Shown: positions 23,876 to 32,000 of the stretch, one piece after another | Numbering within the stretch: position 1 is the first letter of the stretch | Layout: each line of letters starts with the position of its first letter | From: an uncultured Clostridia bacterium | GTDB lineage: Bacteria > Bacillota > Clostridia > TANB77 > CAG-508 | Length of the DNA: 32,000 nucleotides | Reading direction: 5' to 3' | Assembly (NCBI GenBank): GCA_947632605.1 | Contig: CANRPX010000004.1 | Coordinates: 39,948 to 71,947 of the forward strand | Program-made: the position numbers and the translations under genes | Notes under the pieces: model-generated | Database searches by the model: none | What the model saw: the letters and a program-made list of their open reading frames with translations, nothing else | What the model was told of the DNA's origin: nothing

Positions 23876-25138
23876 TTATTCTTCATTAATTCTTTCTATT
23901 TTAGCACCTAAGTTTCTAAATTTTTGTTCTATATTTTCATATCCACGATCTATATAATTTAAGTTATATATTTCAGTTTTTCCTTTTGCTACAATACCAG
24001 CAATTATAAGAGCTGCACCAGCTCTTAAGTCTGTTGCATATACTGGAGCTGCAACAAGTTCATTAACACCTTCAAAAATAGCTGTTTTTCCTTGAGCAGT
24101 GATTTTAGCACCCATTTTATTTAATTCTGCTGTATATTGAAATCTTGATTCCCAAATACTTTCATTTATAATGCTAGTTCCTTCTGAAAGAGAAAGAAGA
24201 ACTCCCATTTGAGGTTGTAAATCAGTAGGAAATCCAGGATATGGAAGTGTTTTAATATTTGCTTTATGAGTTCTTTTTGAGTACCAAACTCTTAAATGAT
24301 CTCCATTTGCATCTACATTTCCACCCATTTCTACTACTTTAGCTATTATTGATTCTAAGTGTTTTGTAATACAGTTTTTAATTATTATATCTCCTTTTGA
24401 AGCAATAGCAGCAAGCATAAAAGTACCAGCTTCAATTTGATCTGGAACTACTGAATATGTAGCATCTCCTTTTAATTCTTTTACACCATTTACTTTTATA
24501 ACATCAGTTCCAGCACCTCTAATATCTGCACCCATTGTATTTAAAAAGTTAGCAACATCAACAATGTGTGGTTCTTTAGCAGCATTATCAATAACTGTAA
24601 TACCTTCTGCTAAAACAGAAGCAAGCATTGCATTAATTGTTGCTCCAACAGAAACAACATCCATATATATAGAAGTACCTTTTAATTTTTTTGCTTTAGC
24701 TGTGATATTTCCATTTGAAACATCAACAGTAGCACCAAGTGCTTCAAAAGTTTTTATATGTTGGTCGATAGGTCTTGCACCTATATTACAACCACCTGGA
24801 ATACCAACTTGTGCACTTTTTGTTCTTCCAAGTAGAGCGCCTAATAAATAATAAGAAGCTCTAAATTTTCTAGTTGTTTCTAAAGGTATTTTATTAGAAT
24901 TTATGTTGCGAGTATCGACTGTTATTTCATGTTCATTGTTCCAAGTTACTTTGGCACCAATTTCTTTTAATATATCACAATATAATCTTACATCACTTAT
25001 ATTTGGTAAATTTTCTATTGTACAAATTCCATTTATTAATAAGGTAGCTGGTATTATTGCAACAGCGGCATTTTTAGCACCGCTTATTACTACTTCACCT
25101 TTTAGAGGTGTTTTTCCAGTAATAACTAATTTTTCCAA
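23876..25138 (-). CDS. murA: UDP-N-acetylglucosamine 1-carboxyvinyltransferase
   Basis: ORF track gives 23876..25153. The second in-frame TTG (25138, MEKLVITGKTPLKGEV...) has GGGGG about 8 nt upstream and matches usual MurA N-termini. Motifs: SGAKNAAVAIIPATLL and the active-site Cys loop GGCNIGARPIDQH. Confidence 0.93.
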   Translation of the reverse strand: MEKLVITGKTPLKGEVVISGAKNAAVAIIPATLLINGICTIENLPNISDVRLYCDILKEIGAKVTWNNEHEITVDTRNINSNKIPLETTRKFRASYYLLGALLGRTKSAQVGIPGGCNIGARPIDQHIKTFEALGATVDVSNGNITAKAKKLKGTSIYMDVVSVGATINAMLASVLAEGITVIDNAAKEPHIVDVANFLNTMGADIRGAGTDVIKVNGVKELKGDATYSVVPDQIEAGTFMLAAIASKGDIIIKNCITKHLESIIAKVVEMGGNVDANGDHLRVWYSKRTHKANIKTLPYPGFPTDLQPQMGVLLSLSEGTSIINESIWESRFQYTAELNKMGAKITAQGKTAIFEGVNELVAAPVYATDLRAGAALIIAGIVAKGKTEIYNLNYIDRGYENIEQKFRNLGAKIERINEE

Positions 25139-25282
25139 AATATATACCCCCAATATTTTGCTTTATATTATGAGCAAAAATTACTCACAAGGAAATATAT
25201 CACAAAAATTAAAGATTTACAACACTTTTTTAAAAGATATAACTAAATCGAAAGATGATTGTAATATAAGGAAGAAATTCAT

Positions 25283-25894
25283 TTATTTAGAGAACATTTC
25301 GACTAATTTAAATTTTAGTTTTACAGTTTGATTATCATTAGTAATAATATCAAATTCATCATCAGTTAAATTTTCATTTAAAGTTTCTTTTGAAGATTCA
25401 TCTATTACACCTGAAGAAATATCAACAAAACAAAGTGGTGGGAAAAGAGAGCACCACCAATTATTTCCTTCGGCTTTGCCTATATTAATTTTTAATGCAT
25501 CATAATATCCAGCAGGCAAAGAAATATTGCCATATTCTTTTGTTGGAAAATAAAAATTACCAATTTCTAAATTTACAGGATAATCATAACCTTCTGATTT
25601 TATTGTGTTTATTGCTATTTCTTTAAAATTTTCTAGATTGTCTATTGTAAGATTAATTGCATCACTTTTTTGTAATCCATCATAAGAAAGAGTTTCCATA
25701 TATTTTAAAATTTCATTTCTAACTTTTAATTTTAATTTTTGATCTTCTTCTGAATTACTGTTTGCTAAAATATGAAGTCTAAAAAAATTATCTGAAATAT
25801 CTGAAGAAACACTTTTTGCGTAAGATGAAATTGTAAAAAATAAAAAAGCTAAAAAAAGTAATACTAATAAAGCAAGTTGTTTTAAAGTTCTCAT
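25283..25894 (-). CDS. spoIIR: stage II sporulation protein R
   Basis: 203 aa. Signal/anchor sequence, then FRLHILANSNSEEDQKLKLKVRNEIL and NNWWCSLFPPLCFVD, both hallmark SpoIIR motifs. AAAGGAG RBS. Confidence 0.9.
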   Translation of the reverse strand: MRTLKQLALLVLLFLAFLFFTISSYAKSVSSDISDNFFRLHILANSNSEEDQKLKLKVRNEILKYMETLSYDGLQKSDAINLTIDNLENFKEIAINTIKSEGYDYPVNLEIGNFYFPTKEYGNISLPAGYYDALKINIGKAEGNNWWCSLFPPLCFVDISSGVIDESSKETLNENLTDDEFDIITNDNQTVKLKFKLVEMFSK

Positions 25895-26121
25895 TAATAT
25901 TCTCCTTTAAATTTAATTTAGTGAAATATTGTAGTTTTATAGAATTCTAACATATATAGAAAAATATAAATTAAATTCCACATTTATTATTTATTTGTAA
26001 GTATTTGCAAAAAAAGAAAAAAATATTCAAAAAAGTTGTCAACCAAAAATTAAAAAAAGAAAAATCGTTAATATTTAATTATGTAAGGGATTTGGTGTCG
26101 AAAAATAGAGTACGATTTAAA

Positions 26122-26150
26122 TTGACCATGAAATTATGCAATGTTAAAAT
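26122..26150 (+). promoter_or_regulatory. putative sigma-A promoter of the 156-aa orphan gene
   Basis: TTGACC (26122-26127), 17 nt, TAAAAT (26145-26150). Confidence 0.5.
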
Positions 26151-26184
26151 TATAATAATTTAAAAATATATGGAGGTCGATTAA

Positions 26185-26655
26185 ATGGATAAGCAAAAGA
26201 TTTGTAGCTTTTACATAAGTGAATTTCACTTATTAACAATTTTATTGCCATATATAAATGAAAAAATAATAGAGAAAAGAAAAATTGCAGTAATTTTACA
26301 AAAGGATATTTCTGAAAATGTTGAAAGTTATTTGAAAAATGTAAGAAATTTAAATTTAAACAATGAAAAAATTATAAATATTGGCTGGAAAAAAAGTAAT
26401 GAGAAAAACATTGAAAATTTGGAAGGAAAAGATGTTGTAGTGATAGGAAATAAAGAATATATTGAAACAGTTAATGAACAAATAGAAAACATAGATGTAA
26501 AAGAAATTTTAAATTGTTATAAAGTAAATGAGATTGAAAGAATAGATAAAATATTATCAAATCATCAAAAAGTTTTAAATACTGAAGGCACAAGAGAATC
26601 AAAAAATTTTTCACAAAATGCACAAAAAAGAAAAACAATAAAAACACAAATTTAA
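26185..26655 (+). CDS. hypothetical protein
   Basis: 156-aa ORF with TGGAGG 7-8 nt upstream of the ATG. No motif recognised. Basic C-terminal tail QNAQKRKTIKTQI. Confidence 0.55.
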   Translation: MDKQKICSFYISEFHLLTILLPYINEKIIEKRKIAVILQKDISENVESYLKNVRNLNLNNEKIINIGWKKSNEKNIENLEGKDVVVIGNKEYIETVNEQIENIDVKEILNCYKVNEIERIDKILSNHQKVLNTEGTRESKNFSQNAQKRKTIKTQI

Positions 26656-26736
26656 AATATTATTGCTATATAAATTTTTGTCAATAGATAGATATTCGAA
26701 ATAACAAGATGAAGAATCTTATATTAATAGCTTAGG

Positions 26737-26765
26737 TTGACGAAACAGTAAAAATGATGTAATAT
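26737..26765 (+). promoter_or_regulatory. sigma-A promoter (extended -10) of the pyrophosphorylase-mutase fusion gene
   Basis: TTGACG (26737-26742), 17 nt, TG-T-TAATAT with TAATAT at 26760-26765. Confidence 0.55.
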
Positions 26766-26820
26766 ATACCAAAATGGAACTTCGAATATGTTTCTAATTT
26801 TGAAAGGAGTAAAAAACATA

Positions 26821-29781
26821 ATGAAAGAAGAACTAGAAAAAGTAAAAAAGATTCTTAAAAAATATGGTCAAGAACATTTGCTTTTAAAATACAATGAAAT
26901 GGATAAAGAGCACAAAGAAGAATTATTAAATCAAATAGAAACCATAGATTTTGAATTAATGAAAAGATTATACGAACAAGCTACAAAACCAGTTAAGTTA
27001 GAAAATGTTACAGTAGAACCAATTGAGCATGTTGACAAATCAAAACTAACAGTAGCTGAAAGAGAAATGTATGAAAAGAAAGGTATTGAAGCTATTAAAT
27101 ACAATAAATTTGCAGTTGTAACAATGGCTGGAGGGCAAGGTACAAGACTTGGTCACAAAGGACCAAAAGGTACATTCATATTTGATGAAAACAAATCTAT
27201 TTTTGAAGCATTATGTGATACAATAAAAAATGCTTGGAGAGATTATGATACAGTTATTCCTTGGTATATAATGACAAGTAGAGAGAATAATGATGCAACA
27301 GTAGAATTTTTCGAACAAAATAATTATTTTGGATATCCTAAAGAAGCTATAAGATTTTTCAAACAAGATGAATTACCATTAGTTGCTTTAAATGGAAAAA
27401 TTTTATTAGATGAAAACGGAATGGTTAAAAAAGCAGCAAATGGACATGGTGGAACTTTACAATCAATGGAAAAAAGTCATGTTATAGATGAAATGAAAAA
27501 AGCAGGAATTGAATGGGTATTCATAAATGGTGTTGATAATGTTTTAGTAAAACCAGTAGACCCATTATTAATAGGTATGTCTATACATAATAAAGTTTTA
27601 GGAGCAGTTAAATCAATAGAGAAAACAGACCCAAAAGAAAAAGTAGGTGTATTTTGTAGAAAAAATAAGAAAGTAGGAGTTATAGAATATACAGAAATTT
27701 CTGATGAAATGGCTAACTTAAGAGATGATGAAAGATCTTTAGTTTATGGTGATGCAAACGCAATATTCCACTTATACAATATTAAAGGATTAGAAAAAGT
27801 TAGTGAACTTAGTCTTCCATATCATACAGCAGTAAAGAAACAAACATATATGGATGAAAACGGAAAAATAATTGAAGGTGATAAACCAAATGCATATAAA
27901 TTTGAAATGTTTATATTTGACTCTTATGAAATGTTTGATGATGTAGTTGTTTTAAGAGTTAAGAGAGAAGAAGAATTTGCTCCAATAAAGAATGCTCAAG
28001 GACAAGATAGTCCAGAAACAGCTAGAAAATTATATAGAGATTATATGAACAAAGTAGAGTATACAAAACGTTACAAAGAATGGTCAACAAGTCCAATTTT
28101 TGATGAAGACACAAGAAAAGAATTATTAACAATAGCAGGAAATGAAGAAGAAATAAAAGATAGATTTTATAAAGACCTAGAGTTTGGAACAGCTGGAATG
28201 AGAGGAGTTATTGGTAATGGTACAAATAGAATGAATATTTATACTGTTACAAAAGCTACTCAAGGTTTAGCAAATTATATTTTAAGAAAAGGAACAGAAA
28301 ATAAAGGTGTAGTTATTGCTTATGATTCAAGAAATATGTCTCCTGAATTTAGCAAAGCTACGGCACTTTGCTTAAATGCAAATGGAATAAAAACATACAT
28401 ATTTGATTCTCTAAGACCAGTTCCAGAATTATCATTTGCAGTTAGAGAATTAGGATGCACAGCAGGAATTATGATTACAGCAAGTCATAATCCACCAGAA
28501 TATAATGGTTATAAAGTATATTGGGATGATGGTGCACAAATAGTTGAACCACACGCATCTGAAATAATTGCTGAAGTAAATAAAGTAAAAGATTATTCAT
28601 TAATAAGATCTATTACTTTAGAAGAATCTAAAAAATTAAGATTATATAATGTAATTGGTCCTGCAATGGATAAACTTTATTTAAAAGCTATAAAGAAACA
28701 AGTATTAAATCCAGAAGTTATAAAAGAAGTTGAAAAAGACTTAAAGATTGTTTATACACCACTTCATGGCACAGGAAATATTCCTGTTCAAACAGTATTA
28801 GCAGATTTAGGATTTTCTAATGTTTATGTAGTTCCAGAACAAGAATTACCAAATGGAAGTTTTCCAACAGTAGATTATCCAAATCCAGAAGATATTAAAG
28901 CTTTTGATCTAGCATTAAAACTTGCTGAAAAAGAAGATGCAGATGTTGTTTTAGCAACAGACCCAGATGCAGATAGATTAGGTGTTTTAGCAAAAGATAG
29001 CAAAACAGGAAAATACATGTCATTTACTGGAAATATGTCTGGATTATTAATTGCTGAGTACATATTATCACAGAAAAAAGCTAAAAAAATGTTACCTAAA
29101 AATGGTGCATTAATTTCAACAATAGTTTCTTCTAACTTAGCTATTGCAATAGCTAAAGAATATAAAATTGATTTTATAGAAGTTTTAACAGGATTTAAAT
29201 ATATTGGTGAACAAATTAGAAAATTTGAAGAAACAGGAAGTCATGAATATTTATTTGGATATGAAGAAAGTTATGGTTGCTTAGTAGGAACTCATGCAAG
29301 AGATAAAGATGCAATAACAGCAGTTATGATACTTTGCGAAGCAGCTGCATATTACAAAAAACAAGGATTAACTTTATGGGATCAAATGATTAAAATTTAT
29401 GAAAAATACGGATTCTATAAAGAAGGAATTTCTACAATTACATTAAAAGGTGCTGATGGAGCTGTAAAAATGAAAGAGCTTCTAGATTCTATAAGAAAGA
29501 ATCCACCAAAACAAATTGGAGGATATAAAGTAACTAGAATAAGAGATTATAAATCAGGAGAAATTTTAGATCTAAAAACTGGAAAGAAATCAAAAACAGA
29601 TTTACCAACATCAAATGTTTTATATTATGATTTAGAAGATGTAGCTTGGTGTTGTGTAAGACCATCAGGAACAGAGCCAAAAGTTAAGTTCTATATGGGA
29701 GTTAAAGGAAATTCATTAGATGATGCAGAAAAGAAATTAGATAAAGTTAAAAAATCTATGATGAGTTTAGCTGAAAAATAA
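26821..29781 (+). CDS. fusion protein: UDPGP-family (UAP1-like) UDP-sugar / UDP-N-acetylhexosamine pyrophosphorylase domain plus alpha-D-phosphohexomutase (phosphoglucomutase/phosphomannomutase, PgcA-like)
   Basis: ORF track gives 26788..29781 (997 aa). ATG at 26821 follows AAAGGAG by 10 nt. N-terminal ~420 aa carry MAGGQGTRLG, NGVDNVLVKP and KFEMFIFD (eukaryotic-type UDPGP). From about nt 28060 the PGM part starts with its usual N-terminus (YKEWSTSPIFDEDTRKELL...FGTAGMRG). It carries all four PGM signatures: TASHNPPEYNGYK, TDPDADRLGV, GYEESYGC, RPSGTEPKVK. Confidence 0.85.
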   Translation: MKEELEKVKKILKKYGQEHLLLKYNEMDKEHKEELLNQIETIDFELMKRLYEQATKPVKLENVTVEPIEHVDKSKLTVAEREMYEKKGIEAIKYNKFAVVTMAGGQGTRLGHKGPKGTFIFDENKSIFEALCDTIKNAWRDYDTVIPWYIMTSRENNDATVEFFEQNNYFGYPKEAIRFFKQDELPLVALNGKILLDENGMVKKAANGHGGTLQSMEKSHVIDEMKKAGIEWVFINGVDNVLVKPVDPLLIGMSIHNKVLGAVKSIEKTDPKEKVGVFCRKNKKVGVIEYTEISDEMANLRDDERSLVYGDANAIFHLYNIKGLEKVSELSLPYHTAVKKQTYMDENGKIIEGDKPNAYKFEMFIFDSYEMFDDVVVLRVKREEEFAPIKNAQGQDSPETARKLYRDYMNKVEYTKRYKEWSTSPIFDEDTRKELLTIAGNEEEIKDRFYKDLEFGTAGMRGVIGNGTNRMNIYTVTKATQGLANYILRKGTENKGVVIAYDSRNMSPEFSKATALCLNANGIKTYIFDSLRPVPELSFAVRELGCTAGIMITASHNPPEYNGYKVYWDDGAQIVEPHASEIIAEVNKVKDYSLIRSITLEESKKLRLYNVIGPAMDKLYLKAIKKQVLNPEVIKEVEKDLKIVYTPLHGTGNIPVQTVLADLGFSNVYVVPEQELPNGSFPTVDYPNPEDIKAFDLALKLAEKEDADVVLATDPDADRLGVLAKDSKTGKYMSFTGNMSGLLIAEYILSQKKAKKMLPKNGALISTIVSSNLAIAIAKEYKIDFIEVLTGFKYIGEQIRKFEETGSHEYLFGYEESYGCLVGTHARDKDAITAVMILCEAAAYYKKQGLTLWDQMIKIYEKYGFYKEGISTITLKGADGAVKMKELLDSIRKNPPKQIGGYKVTRIRDYKSGEILDLKTGKKSKTDLPTSNVLYYDLEDVAWCCVRPSGTEPKVKFYMGVKGNSLDDAEKKLDKVKKSMMSLAEK

Positions 29782-29801
29782 AAGTTTCTTAAAATTATAT
29801 G

Positions 29802-29849
29802 AACTCAAATTATTAAATGAAAGTTTAGTAATTTGAGTTTCTTTTTTTT
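29802..29849 (+). terminator. rho-independent terminator
   Basis: AACTCAAATTA...TAATTTGAGTT stem followed by a T8 run. Confidence 0.75.
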
Positions 29850-29941
29850 GTAATTTACATATAAATTGTAATACTTTTATATTGAATTAAATGAAATAAA
29901 AATATATAATTTATATAGATGTTATATTTTAGGAAGAAAAA

Positions 29942-31774
29942 ATGAGTAAAGACGATAGAGTAGTAATTTTTGATACTGGTATCGATAGAATAACAAGAGA
30001 AAAATTAACCAGTATAATATTAAGGAACACTACTATAAGTGAAAGCAGTTTTCCAAAACTTAGATATGCATTAAGAACAAACCCTCAATTAAAAAGAATT
30101 GAGGTTATTTGTATTGAAGAAAATAAAGAAACATTAGATAAATTTTTTGGTATTTTTAGAGATGAGAACGGAAATATTGCCATTGATTTAAATAAAATTG
30201 TGTTAAGAGGAGAACTTAAATCATTAGATAATGACTTTTTCACATTGGTAAGAAATATAGAAATAGAAGATTATGATATAAAAGAATGGGATAAAATCCA
30301 AGAAAAATTTCCAAGTTTAAAAAATGTTATTTATACTGGAATAATCTCTGAAAATGATTTAGGAAAAGATTTAACAAAATTATTTTCATTGTCAAAATAT
30401 ATGGATGTCGTAAAATTAGATTTTCCACGCACAGATACTAGCGTTAGAGACTTTATAAAAGAAAATAATCTATTTGGATATATATTATCTGCAGATGGAA
30501 AATCATTAATTAATTTAGCTAGAATTAGAAATAGAAGAATAGATGTCCCAGAATTAAAAATTAATTTAAGTGATTTAACAAAAATAAAACCTTATCAATT
30601 AAAAAATACAGAAGTTACAGTAGTTATAGATGATGCATCACAATTATCAAGAGAAAAATTGGAAGAATATAAACATCAAGGTTATAAAATTAAAAAAATA
30701 GAAATCTTTTCGAAAGAAAATAATAAGTCTCAAAATCAACCTTATGATCTTAGAACATATATACAAATAAGAGAAAGATTAGAAGAATTAGTAGAAGGTA
30801 TACCACTACACATATCACAGAAAGAAAGATTTGCAGAAGTATATAAAAGAATTTGTCAAAGTATAGTTTATGATACACCAGCAGTATATCCTGAAACTGC
30901 CACAGAAAAACAATATTCTGTAAATGAATCTTCAAATTGCAGAAATTTAAAAAATGGATTATTAAAAGGAAAATGTGTATGTGCAGGATATGCAGACATA
31001 TTAAGAAATGCATTAGCTATGGTTGGAATAGAAGCAAAATATATTTCAGGTGATGTAATAGATGAAGTAATTTCAGCTAAAGACTTTGATAAACGTAAAT
31101 TTAAGAAAGATGTTAATTTTGAAAAAATAGGAGATAAAGTTTTTATTTTAGGCAGTCATGCATGGAATAAAGTTAAATTAGATGATAAGTGGTACAATGT
31201 AGATGTTACTTGGGATGCTGTTAAAGTAAGGTCAGGAATGAATCCTACATATTGTTTAAGAACAGATGAAGAAATTCAAAAGAAAGAAAAGAAAATAAAA
31301 TTTAAAGGTCCTGAATGTGTAACAAAAGTGGACAGAGAAGAAATAGCAGAAATGTTTAATATAAGCCATTTCCGTATTGGAAAAGTAGAAATACCAAATA
31401 TGAGAGATGTAAAAGGAGTTTTACGATATACAAGAGAAGACTTAGCAGATTTTGGAAGCAGTATAAAAAGAAAATTTCTTAAATTTAAAGAAAGAATGCA
31501 AAATATATTTAAAAGAGAAAAGAATCTGCTTTTAGATGAATCTGATGAAGAATATGATGAATATTATGATGATCAATATGATTCTGATGATGATCAAATT
31601 GATGATACTGCTGAACAAGAAGATGGTACTTCAAGAAGTAGTACTCAAGAAAACAGTTGGGATTTAAGTAATTGGAAGATAGATAGAACAGAATTTTCTA
31701 AAGAAACAGATAAAATTGCGAGAAGAACTAATGATGGAAGAAGAGAAAGTGATAGAGAGGATGAGATTAAATGA
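29942..31774 (+). CDS. transglutaminase-like (papain-fold Cys-His-Asp) domain protein with a repeat-like N-terminal region and a polyacidic C-terminal tail
   Basis: 610 aa. Core GKCVCAGYADILRNALAMVGIEAKYISG ... GSHAWNKVKLDDKWYNVDVTWD matches the transglutaminase-core Cys / His / Asp arrangement. Tail is DESDEEYDEYYDDQYDSDDDQIDDTAEQEDG. No signal peptide. Confidence 0.7.
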   Translation: MSKDDRVVIFDTGIDRITREKLTSIILRNTTISESSFPKLRYALRTNPQLKRIEVICIEENKETLDKFFGIFRDENGNIAIDLNKIVLRGELKSLDNDFFTLVRNIEIEDYDIKEWDKIQEKFPSLKNVIYTGIISENDLGKDLTKLFSLSKYMDVVKLDFPRTDTSVRDFIKENNLFGYILSADGKSLINLARIRNRRIDVPELKINLSDLTKIKPYQLKNTEVTVVIDDASQLSREKLEEYKHQGYKIKKIEIFSKENNKSQNQPYDLRTYIQIRERLEELVEGIPLHISQKERFAEVYKRICQSIVYDTPAVYPETATEKQYSVNESSNCRNLKNGLLKGKCVCAGYADILRNALAMVGIEAKYISGDVIDEVISAKDFDKRKFKKDVNFEKIGDKVFILGSHAWNKVKLDDKWYNVDVTWDAVKVRSGMNPTYCLRTDEEIQKKEKKIKFKGPECVTKVDREEIAEMFNISHFRIGKVEIPNMRDVKGVLRYTREDLADFGSSIKRKFLKFKERMQNIFKREKNLLLDESDEEYDEYYDDQYDSDDDQIDDTAEQEDGTSRSSTQENSWDLSNWKIDRTEFSKETDKIARRTNDGRRESDREDEIK

Positions 31775-32000
31775 AATTAAAAGATAAAAAGTTAGAAAAG
31801 ATTCTTGCATACAAAGTTGGAAAGTTTTCTGGTGAAGAAATTTCAGAAAAAGAATTAAGTAGCATTGAAGAAGTAAATATCAGTAATAGAAACTTTTCTG
31901 GTGAAGATATTGGAGTTAGCTTACAAGAATTAGCATTATGCCCTGGTATAAGAAATATGAGCCTTCAATATTTTACAATAGATGATAACATAGTAGATAT
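31771..32000 (+). CDS. partial ORF (runs off the window), leucine-rich-repeat-like protein
   Basis: ATG at 31771 overlaps the upstream stop (ATGA). Open to the window end: MKLKDKKLEKILAYKVGKFSGEEISEKELSSIEEVNISNRNFSGEDIGVSLQELALCPGIRNMSLQYFTIDDNIVD. Confidence 0.5.
   Translation, partial: MKLKDKKLEKILAYKVGKFSGEEISEKELSSIEEVNISNRNFSGEDIGVSLQELALCPGIRNMSLQYFTIDDNIVD

Noticed and set aside
24564-25331. Plus-strand ORFs 24564..24851 and 24903..25331 overlapping murA and the murA-spoIIR gap
   Set aside because: They are antisense to murA, which carries clear catalytic motifs. They have no RBS. The second simply runs through the AT-rich intergenic region.
28875-31013. Minus-strand ORFs 28875..29063 and 30750..31013
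   Set aside because: They are antisense to the phosphoglucomutase domain and to the transglutaminase-like gene. They are shadows without expression signals.
1-32000. Search for CRISPR arrays, tRNA/rRNA genes, IS elements with terminal inverted repeats, and long tandem repeats
   Set aside because: None found by eye. There are no regularly spaced direct repeats and no 70-90-nt GC-rich cloverleaf-like islands. The only GC-rich patch is the 22341-23036 cassette. No transposase- or integrase-like ORF is present. Short repeats could have been missed without a computational repeat scan.

Overview
Very AT-rich chromosomal segment: hand counts of sample 60-nt lines give about 25% G+C. The host looks like a spore-forming, low-GC, Clostridia-like Firmicute. 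Recognisable housekeeping genes are gyrA, a DnaD/DnaB-type plus DnaC/DnaI-type replication-initiation pair, pcrA, an ABC-F ATPase, tex, a yycJ-like MBL hydrolase, murA and spoIIR. Many near-consensus sigma-A promoters and clean rho-independent terminators are visible. I saw no rRNA, tRNA, CRISPR array, transposase or integrase.

Three things stand out:
1. A ~0.7-kb island at about 22341-23036 has roughly double the G+C of its surroundings. It forms a complete promoter-RBS-ORF-terminator cassette for a 184-aa orphan protein with an acidic N half and a basic C half. It sits in the convergent gap between tex and the murA/yycJ operon. This is my top candidate for something new, or for an assembly artefact.
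2. A type IV secretion / conjugation-like gene set is present: VirB4, a TadZ/CpaE-like ATPase, a coupling protein, and VirB2-, VirB6- and VirB3-like membrane proteins. It is split into two oppositely oriented blocks flanking gyrA and the replication genes. Both of its key ATPases are broken: VirB4 has no canonical start and a frameshift at an A7 run, and the coupling protein is split by a frameshift. Long housekeeping ORFs nearby are intact.
3. A 986-997-aa ORF fuses a eukaryotic-type UDP-sugar pyrophosphorylase domain to a complete phosphoglucomutase.

Several orphan genes complete the window: a ~587-aa charged coiled-coil protein, a 134-139-aa protein, a 156-aa protein, and a transglutaminase-like protein with a polyacidic tail plus an overlapping LRR-like gene.
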